A program made the translations under genes and the position numbers. The notes beneath the pieces are model-generated. The model was not told the origin of the DNA. It ran no database searches and saw nothing but the letters and a program-made list of their open reading frames with translations. Shown here one piece after another: positions 38,511 to 51,790 of a stretch of 64,000 nucleotides of DNA; within the stretch, counting starts at the first letter, position 1; every line of letters starts with the position of its first letter. The stretch covers positions 44,764,001-44,828,000 of the forward strand of contig NC_059433.1 in assembly GCF_021028975.2 (NCBI RefSeq), in the 5' to 3' direction. Source of the stretch: Sphaerodactylus townsendi (lineage: Eukaryota).

Positions 38511-39309
38511 CTTAAGATAGAGATTGTGAGCCCTGCTGCAGTAGCAATAGTGGCAAGCCAGGCAAGGATTATCCCCTAGATTGCTGCAGAGACAGCATTG
38601 CAAATATCCAAAATATTTGGAAATGCCAAAAATTTGAGAGTTCACTTCCCCTACACCCATCTTGTAGTAGAGTTTTTCCTTGTGTATACTTTTAGTTGTG
38701 GTTTATTTCTAAAAAAGTTTAATACAATTATTTTAAAAAAACTATGCAATGGCATGATGAGGACCCTAACACTTCATGAATGGATATTCAATGAAACTGT
38801 GTGAGTGGAAAGGTGAACATATTGGTCTTTATTAGTTTTCATAATGCAAGATAAAAGGATCTAGGTGCACGTTAATTTATAAGTCCATTTCAGTTCGTGC
38901 CATTTATTACAAGAATTATTTTCAGGTCTACAAAGTAAATGTCAAATAAATAAAAAAATATGTTCAAAATAAATAAGACCTTTGAAAAGTGAAGTTTTCA
39001 AAAATACCTGCTATTTACAGAACCGATTCATTTTATTAGGAAAAAAATTGGGGCAGTTTTGGATGAGGGATTTTTTGGAGGGGGGAGATTGACAGCTTAC
39101 TTTCTGTCAATTAAAAAAAATAGTGGCTTAGATCTGTCCTGGCATTAACTTTAGAAGAGATAAATAGGCTGAAAATCATTGGGATGGTTACTTCATTAAT
39201 GCCTGTTCATAGCAGTGATGGCATTCTGGAGATTTGTTTTACTGTGGCCTCCAGCACTTCTCTATCAACTCTATCTGCTATGCAGACTGTCTCCCCTTAA
39301 AAGAACCTT

Positions 39310-39960
39310 GCTTCACTCTTCCATACTTTTCTGTATTCCAGACTTGACTATTATAACTTCCTTTACATGGCAATGCCATTAAAGGTGACTCAGAAGCTTC
39401 AGTTGGTGCAACACAATCCTCTGTTAAATAACAGAGGATAATATTTGCAGCCTTTGCTTAACCAAGTGCACTGCCCGCTGGTGTGCTTCTGGGGACAATG
39501 AACCAGTGTGGCTAGCAGGACACCAGGTACAAATGCCTACTCATCCATAATGTTCAGTGAACCTTGGCTGGATCAGTTTTTCCCAACCTAAACTAACTCG
39601 GGGTTGTTGTAAGAATAAAATAGACCATGTATGCTGCCCTGAATTTCTTGGAGGAAAGGCAGAATAGTAACGTAGCAGACGGAAAAACAGAATTCAAGAT
39701 GCCTGTTTAATTTATAAATCTCTACATGATGTACATACTATAGACACAATCCCTTCTTATCTCAATCCCTGTGTCATCTTCATCTGGTAAACTCGATAAT
39801 GTTTAATTTACTATGTAATTATTAAATACCCATGTATACTGCTAGATTTATAATCAAAGCTTCATGCTGGAATTAAGGAGTTTTGTTCACTGCTTGCTTG
39901 GAGGGCTTTAAAACCTTCCTTTACCATCAGGCCTTTGAGCTATTCTAGAGCAACTTTTCA
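39310..39960 (+). mobile_element. L2 LINE 3' remnant with a nested degenerate SINE (~39500-39680)
   Basis: SRLDYYNFLYMAMPLKVTQKLQLVQ motif. Confidence 0.7.
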
Positions 39961-41340
39961 GACTTCTGCTAACTAGATATATTTCATTGCTTTTTAATTC
40001 TGGTGGCTATTAATTTTATATTTGCGACTTTGAGTTTATGCAAGAGAAGATAAATAAATATATATGTTTCAAAGCCATGAACAGGGAAGGTACAAATAGT
40101 TTCACAAAATCCTATCACTTCCGGTCAAAAGATTCATCTTGACCTCATCCATCTGGTGACAAATGACAGAATTCTAATTCAGTTTTGTAGCAAGTGAAAT
40201 AAAGTGAAACACATACATTACCACTGGATTGGGGTTGAGAATACTCAGTGGAATATGTGGGTTAATTTTCAATTTATGCATCAGCAACCAGAGGTTTACC
40301 ACTTATTGGATTATTGTCTGCCCAGTATTTGAAGAGGACATCAGCTTTAACGGGGGTCTTGTTTGTTGGCAATGAAGATTTCAGAAGTGTAGTATAAAAC
40401 CTGGAGTGATTCTCAAGGCTGCAGCTTTTTTAGACCTCATAACATGAATGTTTAAGGCAAAAAGCTTCTAAGACTAAAAGTTTGCTTTAAAGACAGCTTT
40501 TTTTAGATGTTGGGGAAAAGAAAACTCTTCCTCCTCCAAAAAAAAGTTTTAGGGAGTCTGGCAACAAATTAGTAGAAAACAAGACATGGGCAGACATAAT
40601 GTTGCAGCTTGTTCTAATTTTTTAATGTTTTGATATTGTATTATCATCCATGATTACATTCAGATGGAACACAATAGCTATTGTTTAAATCTCCTCTGGG
40701 AAATGTGAAGTAATCTCATATAAGAAAACACAAACCAATATTGGCTTTTAATGCTTGCTACTTAGGGTTTTTGAAAATTATATGAATGTTTCATCATTGA
40801 GTCTAGTAATATTACGTTGACAGTTGATTTCTATTTTACAATCCATATTTTTTAAAAAAATAAAAACATTCTGTTGATGTTGTATAGTACCATGAAAATA
40901 AGTATTTTAACTAGAAAGTTCATAATACCTTATCACAGCAAAACTTTTCTCATCTTCAATAAAAATAATTTCTAAATGTGATTGAGAAAATTTAATGGCA
41001 CTATGACATAGCTAGCTGAATTCTCTTTTCCAAAATAGGGTTAGAAAATCTTCATATGGATGAAGCACACTATGGCACACAGGCGTTAAGTAGTGTTAGC
41101 TCCAATCAGCCTTAAGTAGTGTTAGCTCCTAATGGAAGAATGAAACATATCCTTAAATCTCTCCTATGAAAAGCAGTGGGACTTGTGCTTATGCTGCTAG
41201 ACACCACTTAAAATTAGTGAAATCTTGCTACAGAAAGAAATCAGTTAGTCTACTTCATAAGCAACCCTCTAGTTATGCCAAAGAGCAAAAGAGGCCTGCA
41301 TAATTATGGACAGCAGTCACTGTATTATAACAGTGACCAT

Positions 41341-41854
41341 GGCCGTTTCCGCACGGGCGGAATATGGCGGCCTGGGGACGGCAAAAACGGCGTCCCCAGG
41401 CCGCCGATACGCTGAATCCCCAGGCCGCCATTAAGCACCCGACTGGCGCGTATGGCCATTGCTTTCAACCATCGCTCGGGGAGCGAGGTTGTTGAAAATC
41501 TCACCGGCTTGGAGCCACTACCGTCTGAAGCGGCAGCGGCTCCAAGGTGCCTTCCACCCCCACTCCCTCCCTTCACTTACCTGGTCTCCAGCCCTCCGGC
41601 GCGTCGCCGGGGCTTGGGGACACGCCCCCCTGCTCTGCGACACTGAAGCAGGCGCGCAGGGGAGGGGAGGTGTGTCCCCAGGCCCCGGCGACATGCCGGA
41701 GGTCCGCAGGAATGGTAAGTCCACCGGGCGCCGGCGCCCAGTGGCGCCGTCTTCCCGGTTCTTTCTGGGACCGTCCATGCGGACGGTCCCGGCGTCATCG
41801 GGTCAGCATTGGTTACGCCGACCCAAGCCCTTCCGCCTCCGTGTGGAAGCAGCT
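41341..41854. mobile_element. GC-rich PIF/Harbinger-like MITE
   Basis: TIR GGCCGTTTCCGCACG / CGTGTGGAAGCAGCT with CAT on both flanks. Same family as 55012-55509. Confidence 0.85.
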
Positions 41855-42947
41855 CATATTATAACAGGCCCTGTTTATAATCTGGAATCTGGGTACCATA
41901 ACCCCAAACAATTTCAGAGGCAGTTGTATGCAAAGCATGCTACAGAAGGCCAATCTAGATGTTACCAGAGCAAGAGCAACCATACCTTCATACTCTGCAA
42001 AAGGATGATGTTGGTATACTGATCTGAGCAGATGTTATTGAGCTAACACTACTCCTGTGGCATTCTTGCTTTCACTGACTCATAAATTCTCGATGCTAGG
42101 TTGAAGAAATCTTTGTGATGAAACCATGAAAGTTCTCCAACCAGGAAGAAATGTGTCTTTTCTACATGCTTCTGTTTGTTTTTTAAATGATAGACTAAAA
42201 TATTTTTCACTTGGATTTGCTTGCATCCATATTTTTAAATGTTGTGCTATTGCTTGCTCAGCCTGCAATGCTCTCTCTTAAATTGAAACTCTGTACATAT
42301 GAGAATAAGAGCCCATTAGCCAAATCCCAGATGGAATTCAGTGAAACCTTTATCAGAATACAGCTAAAGTTTATAGCTCCATTAGGAGATAAATACCTGG
42401 CAGAAGACAAGCAAAGCAAATGGCATTGGTAAATTACAGCCAATTTTAATATGTGCCACTCTTTCTTCATTCTGATGTTTCACTTGCTAAATGACTGGAA
42501 AGTGAAAAGGGAAAAGTAGTGAGAGAACATATTGCCATTTAGTCTCTGAGCTCTTTTTATGTGAATTGTGCATAACCTAATAAAACAGTCATTTGCCTTT
42601 CTAATTTACTTATTAAATATGATTGAGACTCATTCATAGATGTAATATTGTTAGTCAAGGCAAACATTATTTTTAAGCTGCTTTGATCCCCATTCTTGAG
42701 AAAGCTGGGGTAAAAATGAAGTAAATAATAATAATAAATGCTGCTGAAGATGTGGGCCACCCTCCTCACCTGCATATTGTATCTATCAGAAATACAGTTT
42801 GTATAAATGTGTAATCTGAGACAAGCTGAAGAACAAAAATGCGATTTGATGTATAATGTAATGTACACAAGACACACTCTTTATGGAAGCATGTGTGCAC
42901 CAGAGACACTCTAGATATGCCCCTGCAGGGAAAGGGTGACAGTATAT

Positions 42948-43482
42948 GGCCCTTTCGGCACGGGGCCAAAAACAGTGGCCCAGGGACGGAAAATACTGGT
43001 CCCTGGGAAGCTGTTCGCACAGGCAGTGCTGCTGCAACGCAGCAGCGCCGTCCTGTGTGGCCCCGAGCGGCATGAAGGCACCGCTTTCCACCTCCCTTCC
43101 CAAGGGAGGTTTTTGAAAAGCGCCGCCTTCCCATCGGCGTGGTGTGAACCACACCACACAGAAGGCGCTGCTTTCCCGTCCCCCCCCCACTCACCTCGTC
43201 CTCCAGCATCAGTCTGGAGGGCTGCTGAGACACGCCCATGCTGCCCTCCGACCTTTGGAGGTCGGAGGGCAGCATGGGCGGGTCCCTGCAGCCCTCCAGA
43301 CCGACGCTGGAGGACGAGGTGAGTGGGGGGGATGCAGAAAAGGCAGCTCTGTGCGGAGCCTCCTCTTCTGCGCCGGCCTCTGCGCGGGCCGCTTGCACGC
43401 TCCCGTGCGAACGGCCCCCTCCCCTCCACCAGCATACTTTCTGCTGGTGGAGAGGCGCCCTTTCCACTGTGCGGAAAGGCCA
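42948..43482. mobile_element. GC-rich PIF/Harbinger-like MITE
   Basis: GGCCCTTTCGGCAC / GTGCGGAAAGGCCA ends, TAT on both flanks, and a long near-perfect central hairpin at about 43180-43330. Confidence 0.85.
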
Positions 43483-44344
43483 TATGAGAAATACTAGGGT
43501 GGGAAGCAGAGCTAAGAGGCATGAAAGGACAGAGAGCTTCAGCACAGAGGACTAGAAGATTGAATCTCTGGCACAGTATGTCAAGCAGCCCACAGAAGAA
43601 TTCAAAAAGAGAAGGAATGTGGTCACCAGAACAGGAGCAAAAGATGAGTTTAGATGTTGTAAACATCACTGCAATGCACTTTGCTGCTAAACAATATAAT
43701 TTTAAGGGATTTTGAGAAGGAGAGAGAAGAACTGGCAAGAGAGAAGGTATGGGGACAACTTTGAAAATAACATTTACAGAAGTTAGGGATCCCAAAGCTG
43801 AACAAAGATATTCTGATAAATTATGCTTGTTATTTCTAGCAGATAGATGCACATCATGTCCATGTCTGCCTTTGGCAGGTTTTGCCTTTAGCTGGCCCAC
43901 TGACTGAGACACTTAATTGTTTGGCATACTTTGACCACAGTCACCCATATTCTGATCTCATGGTAATTTAAAAAAATGAAATGGCCTCATCTGCAAATTG
44001 CAAGGAAGTGCAGTTACTTTTTAAAATGATTTTGTAAGACAGACAAACCAACATTGTATTGCAACAGAAACATTTAGAGACATTTCATCAGATTCTAATT
44101 ACTACTAGAGGCAACTTCTTTTTGCATTTCATGTCCTCTTAATCCTGTGTTTTACAACTCCCCCCCACCCATTATAGGAAAGAAAGTGTGCCTCAACACT
44201 TGCATCTGATGATGTTGATGAAAATATTTGCTAGAAATTTTAAGATATTACCTTTTAAGGTGTCCCCTGGACTCCAATTTGCCACAACAGAACAATTCCC
44301 TTCTGGAATTTAAGGTAACTCCCCTTGCCCTTGCAGAGATCTTT

Positions 44345-44475
44345 NNNNNNNNNNNNNNNNNNNNNNNNNNNNNNNNNNNNNNNNNNNNNNNNNNNNNNNN
44401 NNNNNNNNNNNNNNNNNNNNNNNNNNNNNNNNNNNNNNNNNNNNNNNNNNNNNNNNNNNNNNNNNNNNNNNNNNN
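44345..44475. other. Assembly gap (131 N)
   Basis: N run adjoining the tail of a SINE. Confidence 1.
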
Positions 44476-44740
44476 CCCCTTTCTCTCCTGCAGGAGACTC
44501 AACGGGGCTTATAAACTCCTTTCCCTTCCCCCCCTCACAACAAACACCCTGTGAGGCAGGTGGGGCTGAGAGAGCTCCGAAGAACTGTGACTGGCCCAAG
44601 GTCACCCAGCTGGCGTGTGTGGGAGTGCACAGGCTAATCTTAGTTCCCCAGATAAGCCTCCACAGTTCAAGCAGCAGAGCGGGAAATCAAACCTGGTACC
44701 TCCAGATTAGAGTACACCTGCTCTTAACCACTACGCCACT
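44476..44740 (-). mobile_element. Squam3-like SINE
   Basis: Reverse complement of the 8487 and 9149 copies. Confidence 0.88.
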
Positions 44741-47700
44741 AGTTGACAAATTAAAGTAGAGGAAAATTGACTACCACCAGAATATCCATCTATTCAATGT
44801 ATACATTGCAGTTAATTTGAGCATAAGAAGAAATATCAAAACACAGTGGGTGACAAGAAACCTCACTGTGAAATTTTCATATTAGGCAGCAGCCTATATG
44901 ATATTGAGGTTTTGGCATGAGTCCCGAGAAGAGCAGTTTATTTCAGTGGGGACACCTAGAGTGCCAGCAGTGAAATGTTTAAAGATCCACAACCATTTTA
45001 ACTCACCTCAATAAAGGCTCTGAAGAGAAGAAATAATAGTATTTGACAGACTGCTCTGGCTGTAGAAATACTATTAGATTGGTGAGGTTGTAGGCATGTG
45101 TATGGCCACAGAACTCAATAGCCTTGAGACTACTGATATTGGGTGGTTGACTGACATACAGGCTGTCTAATTACACCTGACATGTTGAGCTCTCAGCCAC
45201 TGATAGTTTCTGAATTCTGTAGCTGTGGCAATTAAAAGCAGACAAGTACAGAAAACTACTTTCAATGGCTTGAGAATGAAAACACTGGGGAAATAATCAT
45301 CCCACAGTGAAGAAAAAATGTTGGTACTGATCATCTGCTGGGAATGAAAGCGGTATTAGCAAAATAATTAGAGATAACATTAAATAATAATGGAGCATCA
45401 TTAGACTATATAATACAATATCTATGAAGCAACTTTAATGGAATCAGGCATAACTTCCCAGAGTATTCTTCTGTGCCCCACATCCATGTCAGAATCCAGT
45501 TTATTTCTAATCAGATGCCTTAAATGTTTCCATCTGTTTTCTGAGATTCAACTTGACACACATACACAATATATTAACAATCTTCACAACATCAGTCCTT
45601 TAAAAATGTGAGAAATTTTTGCTTTTAGAAAGTAACTGATATGAAAAAGGGGTGTTAGTCACTCAAATGGCAGAGGGTTTTTTTTTTTTTTTGGATTTGC
45701 AAACAATGAACAGAAATGGGTTTGTTAGTGGGAAAAAGTTTATTAATTAAACACCAGCAAACATACCAACAAAAGAAAACAAGGCTTATGGCTGCATTTA
45801 GGGATTTCAAGAAAAACAAATGTTAACCATCCAATCTTCCTTTCTGTGGTCTGATTCCTATTTGGTTTCCAAAGGGAGGTCTTGTACCCATGTTCCTAAC
45901 AAACCATTACCAACCTAAGGAAGGATAATACTTCCCAGACCTTCCCAGGGTTATCTGATCAGCTTCTGCAATTTCCTCTGGTCCATGAAGCTATTAAAGG
46001 CATATACCACCAAATAAAAAGGAAGGGAAACAAAAATATAACTGCTAGCAGTAGATAGGTTAGAAAATTGACATAGGCACAGAAGAGAATTGTGTCACAC
46101 CACGTCACTCCTTACAATAATGTTCTGCATTTCCACTACAGGATACAGTAAGGAAAACCGTACTAAAGTGTTTTCTACTGTTTTCTACTGGGTTTGCACA
46201 GAAACCCCAATTTCCTAGAGTATGCTCAACATTCATGTACTTACAATCCATAAATCCTTGAGCAAACTCATGCCTTGGTTGATGACTGTGTGAAGTATAA
46301 TGAGTATGTACATGAATGCATTTATTCAATGTTTGTTGACAGTCAACTATACAAGGCTTGAATAAATTGTGACCACTGGGTTGAACACAACCCACCATCA
46401 TTGTCTGGCAGGTGCTTGACAAACTGTTCTCAGGAAGTCCAAAGCAAGTAAAAAAGAGAACATGTACTGATTTCCAGGTGAGCCGCCATGCACAGGATGG
46501 ATGTGCTGTATTTGTCTTAGTGATTTGTGCAGCTAAAGAACAGAATATGGAGCTCAAAATTGGTTTTCTCTGAACATGTGAAGTGGGAGAAAGTAAAAAA
46601 GGAAAGCCATCAAAAAAGCCTTCCATAAACTCACTCCATTTGCAAAAGGATTGCATCCAGCTTGTGATGTGTAAATACCTGTCTGTTCAAATTGATATTT
46701 AATCATAAATCATGAGCAGCACCTTCAAATGTTTAGTTTCTTAAATGTAGCACTTAGCATTGTTCCAAATTCTTTTTGCAAGTGCTTTTTGCCCGTGTGC
46801 AGTCTTGCATTGCTTTTCTGAGCTGTTCTCTATCCTGCCTTCCATCCATCATCCAACAAATCATTAAGCAGGAAAAATTATATGTTTACAAAATTTGCCT
46901 CATAGTTTAATAGAATTATACCTTTGGCAGTAGACTTCAATGGGCTTTGAAAGGTCAAAGTCTATTTAGGATTGCACAGTTAATCCTGAGGGATATCAGT
47001 GGTGTTGAAGTAAAGCTACATGGTATGCCTCTGTAGCATTCTAGCCTTGTCCATTATACTTGCTTGACTCCCAAATTTGTGGGGGGGAGAAGTTGTATTA
47101 ACAAAGTATTCGAAATTGTATCAAAATACTTTTCTCACTCTTGTACTGTCACTTGGGAACTGTAGCTCAATCCCATGAGTTCTAAGCATGACGAATGCTG
47201 CCACATGAGCAGATATAAAAGCAGCATACATACTCAAATTGCAGCTGATTTTACAGTAGATATATCCTTCCTGTGACGACCATGACATATGTGATTCAAG
47301 ATATATATTCAGTTATGAGTATGTGCCAGTGGCAGTGGGCTATGCAGCCACCATACAAACTAACACCAACTGCAAAGAGACAAGTACACCTGGTCATGGT
47401 ACATTGTCAAACCAATCATGAATATAGGATACTCTGTTGAAAAACAGCATATTTTTGAATTCAGAATATTACATATGCAAAAAATAGGATAATCACTACC
47501 TAAGCCACATAATTTCTCAGCAAGGAAAATCCCTCTAAACTAGATGGCCACCATCACATAAGGGTTAAATCAGATTATCAGACTATAGCAGCCTGTTATA
47601 GTTGAGAATACTTTTTTCTTGATTTGAAAAAGTTCACTATTCTACCATCAGTCCATTGTTAATGATTTTTTCTTTCCTTCAGAACATCATGACCTTATAG

Positions 47701-48079
47701 AACATGATCGTCTCTATTAAATTTTGATACAGCAACTCTCAAACATGTAATAACCTAACTGTAGTGACGACTTGTTATAAAGTAGAAAGTGGTAAAACTT
47801 CAAGTAGGGGATTGGATATTTAAAAAGACTCCAAGGATCTCTACAGTTTAAAGGTAAAATAACACTAGCGAACACTGACTTTGGTGGAAGAGCTAGTTAA
47901 ACTTTGTGTTGCATCACATACTGTGCTTTTTTCTACATAACAGCATAAGACCAGAGCCATGGCACTCACATGCATTTCCCCAGGAGCTCACCCATGTGCT
48001 TTTAAACACTAATGGGTCACTGCAAAAGCAGAACCAGTAATTGGCTACCTTCATACTCATAGTGTTATTACTTGGATCA

Positions 48080-50050
48080 TTCCAGGACCCATAGATTAGC
48101 TGTCAGGTGCTGTGGGCTAAGGAGCACCAGAGCAGTGGAAAAACTCTTGCACCCTTGATCATCTTCTTTATGGATATGTTTTATCCTCCAATGCTCCACA
48201 CAGTGCCATAATGCCACAATGTTCATCCCCTCTTCATACAGTGCTCCAATGCCTGTCTCTGAACCATCTGAGTAGACAATGAAGGACCCATTAAGATGTA
48301 GACTGTGCTTGGGTGGTGAGCCTGTTGATTTGGAATTCTCCACCAAATCTGTTACCCAAAGTGGTGGGAAGTCTCTTCCTTTTAGTGTGGGGAAATTAGC
48401 TGGAGTAGACTCTTGGCTTTGCAAAAGGTCAGGCAACATGAAATCTTAATTGCCTATGTATATCAGAGTCAGCTTTCCACAGAAGCAACTTGCAGGAAAA
48501 TGAATAAAGTGAACAATTTTTGTTAAGGGATAAAATGGGGGTGCACAAGCACACGATATAAAGCAGCAGAACACACACAGTGCTAGGATATAGTCAGTTG
48601 TGAGAGGATAGGTCTGGAATAGATAAGGAATAAATTGGGACGGGCAATAAAAGTTAAGAGTCATCTGATCTTGGAGCAGAATAGTCCAATGAACAGAATT
48701 GAGTGACCCATGCTGAGCTCTGGAAGAAGCAGTGCTGTGGAACAGTATCACAAACAGAGAGTTGTCCAGAGATATTGAACACTGGCTATTGGGAGAATGG
48801 GCTTCTTATGGGAAAAACAGAAACTCGGGGTTATGCAGAGTGATCCTAAATCTCCCTAGACAAAAGTATTTCTTGCCCTTCCCGGGAAGGACAAGAGACA
48901 GACATCAACCTTAATGGTTGGGTGTAGGTCTAATGGGTTGAGACATCAACCTGATATGTCCAGGCTTCAGAGTATCTCTAAGAGGAAGGTTAGCTGAAAA
49001 GATTACAGCTGTGAAACAATGACAATGCAAAGTATGGTGGTAGTTCAAGGTGTTCGTCAATGCTTAGAAACATTAGTTAGTACTGGGCAGGTAAGCACAC
49101 TCATACATTTATTGTCTTCACTGGGGTGTATGGTCCAGAGCTGGAGTTGGGATCTCTCTCCAGGGCAAGGTCTTTTGTGTAGACTTAATCCTATCAGAAA
49201 GGATGAGAGAGAACATTATGCATGCTGCTTTGGAGGGAAACAAGTCCAGACAAAGTTATTTTTCCTTGTAGGTGCACTGAGCCAATACCCAAAAGAGGCT
49301 CCTGTATTTTGGCACTGCTGCTAGGTATCCCAAGGGTTGCCTGAGGTGGTAGAGATGCCACTGTATTAAAACAAGGTCCTTTGGTCCCCCATAGGTCAGT
49401 CTGGCAGCAAGCCAGTGCTTGGGTGAAGGATAAACATAAGCTGTAGAGAGCTGCTTCCCTTTCAGGGGTCAACTGAATCTGACTTGGTAGGCCCTTGAGC
49501 AGGCAGTCAGATAGTGGGGCTGTTTCAGATGTAAAGTGACAGATGAAGCAGTTATAGTATCCTAATAACCTAGGACCTCACAGCATTGACTGCTTGATGG
49601 TAAGCAAGGAGTACCGGTATCCTTTCAATGATATGACTGTCTCCCATTATGAAACCAAGACAACATACTTCTCAAAACCTCAATATGGTTTTGGATTATC
49701 CACTTGGTTGGATCTGTTTCAGCCCTACCTGGTCCAGTGCTGGGAGGACCATTTCCAGATATTGCAGGTAGGATGAGCAGTCAGGGCTGAACATGATGAT
49801 GTCATCTATGTAAGTGTTGCACCTCACTAGCACTTTGTCTACAAACCTTCAAATGTTGCTGCCGAAACTTGAAGCCTAAACAGGAACTTTTGAAAATGAA
49901 ATAGCCCCTGTGGGGAGGCAAAAGTCATCTTTTCCTGGTCCTTGAGGCATATTGGTACCTGGTAGTTGCTCTTCATTAGATTGATGGTCATCAAGAACTG
50001 GGTGGCTCCAAGGCTTGTGATATGTTTACAAGGTGCAGCTTTACACATGG
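48080..50050 (-). mobile_element. Decayed Gypsy/Ty3 pol remnant (RT and RNase H)
   Basis: LGATQFLMTINLMKSNYQVPI..DQEKMTFASPQGLFHFQKFLFRLQVSAATF is RT-like (49839-50048). SFIVYSDGSETGIGAL is RNase H-like (~48230-48290). Confidence 0.75.
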
Positions 50051-50121
50051 AAATTGTTTGTTTGTGTTAAGTGGGCAGCCTAATATGAGACTTGGTGCTC
50101 AAATTTATTTTCTTAACTATT

Positions 50122-50222
50122 CCCCAGATAAGCCTCCACAGCTCAAGTGGCAGAGTGGGGAATCAAACCCAGTTCCTCCAGATTAGAGTACACCTGCTCT
50201 TAACCACTATTCCAGTGCTGCT
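50122..50222 (-). mobile_element. Squam3-like SINE 5' fragment
   Basis: Matches 44645-44740. Confidence 0.85.
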
Positions 50223-51023
50223 CCCTTTATATATATAAAACAAATGTTACTGCTGACATTCATAAGTGTACATATTGTACTGTTTTAGTGTTGGTATATA
50301 ACTCCACTTTGTGAAGAACACCCCAGAAAGTACTTATTAACTCAACACTAATTTGAGAGGACTTTGATAAACCTGATCAACATCAGCATGACTTCAGAAG
50401 TGGGAAAAATTGTTTCTGTCTTCATTTAGGCTTAAGCCGAATCATTTCTCTAGTGCTGGTGGTTGGCAAGATATATCTTCATGAGAACACTTCACTGTTC
50501 CACATTTTAAATATTCTGGCATCTGTACCACCTAATAAAATGTAAAGCCATAAATATCTGCTGAAAGGAATATGCTCATTTCCTTTTTAAATATCAGGCA
50601 CACATTTTCAATATAAGCTAATGTTCCAAAAGAATAGTTCCAATAGCAAGTCATGTAAATCAAAGACCTAACTAGTCCCTGAAATGCTATTTTAATATCT
50701 AGATACTTGAAATTTTTGGATAATAAGACACCAGAAAACCCCATGAGGTAAATGACCTGCACGGTGGAACTGCAAATTAATGTAACAATGGAGTCTGCAC
50801 CAGTAATGGCATCCCAATGTCTCATTTTCACAGTCCTTAGTTAATGTTTTTCTCCTTTTCCTGCATTGTTTTTCTTTTGCTCTTGGCAGGCATGAATTGG
50901 CCCTGTAACTTGCAGAGGAAGTTCCTGGTATGCTGATGCCATGGAAGGCCATAGGCAGCCAGGATCAAGTACAGTCAAGTCCCAGTAGCTCTACCAGTGA
51001 AACAGGGGACATGCGGTCCAGAC

Positions 51024-51620
51024 CAGGGGTTCCTAAAGTGGGCAGTACTACTCCCTGGAGGATGGTAGGACTTTCCAGTGCTAAGAAGCAAGGGGTAGAA
51101 GGAGGGCATTGGTGGTGGGTCCTTTGATGGCATTGTTCATGTCTTTATAATTGACCAAGCTATACAAAGTTTTGAGAAACTGTCCTCACTGCATGTATTT
51201 TTGTCTCTGTCATTTTTCAGGTCTTTGCTGGCGAGTCCTGAGAGATTATTTCTCTCAGCAACAATTCATTGCAAAGACAGATGAGACATGTAAGATACAT
51301 TGTGCAGCACATTAAAGACAATAGAATTATATTGTAGCTGAGCGAAACCTTGCTTCTGGCTTAAGTGTGCTTTATAAAAGAAAAAAGTTTGGCTGAATTA
51401 TTTGCAAAGGAGCTAAGAACAGACACTAAATATGAGTAATATTTTTTGTTGAGTAGTTCTTCAAAGGCAAGGAAATTCTGCTTACTAACATATGCAACTG
51501 ATGGAGCAGTGTCAGCGAGCGGTCACTGGGTGTTTTGCTAACTTGAAAAAAGCAGTGCTGAATGTCTTTACCATTCAGTCATTGATTGCCAACATTTGAT
51601 TGCAAAAAACCCTCAGTGAT
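51024..51620 (+). mobile_element. hAT-Charlie-like transposon remnant
   Basis: CAGGGGTTCCTAAAGTGGG terminus and a degenerate YATDGA catalytic-region motif near 51490. Confidence 0.5.
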
Positions 51621-51664
51621 CACCCACCCAAGTTATTTCACACTGTCATCACTACAGTTATTAA

Positions 51665-51790
51665 AAGGCCACTGCTTTCAGCTCCTGCATATGAGCTCCC
51701 AAAGGCATCAGGTTGGCCACTGCGAGCAGCAGAGTGCTGGACTCGATGGACTCTGGTCTGATCCAGCAGGCTTTTTCTTATGTTCTTATG
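51665..51790 (+). mobile_element. CR1 3' UTR fragment
   Basis: Matches 23535-23665 and ends ttcttatgttcttatg. Confidence 0.85.

Noticed and set aside
37580-38660. 199-aa and 168-aa ORFs as host genes
   Set aside because: They are read-through of a LINE fragment into a GC-rich MITE.
41325-42022. CpG island or ORFs as a host promoter (also 55003-55621 and 11613-12051)
   Set aside because: The CpG-rich sequence is bounded by TIRs, with a TSD in most cases, so it is transposon-derived.
42766-43912. Longest ORFs in the window (333 aa, 259 aa)
   Set aside because: They arise from a stop-poor, GC-rich palindromic MITE, are open in several frames on both strands, and show no domain.
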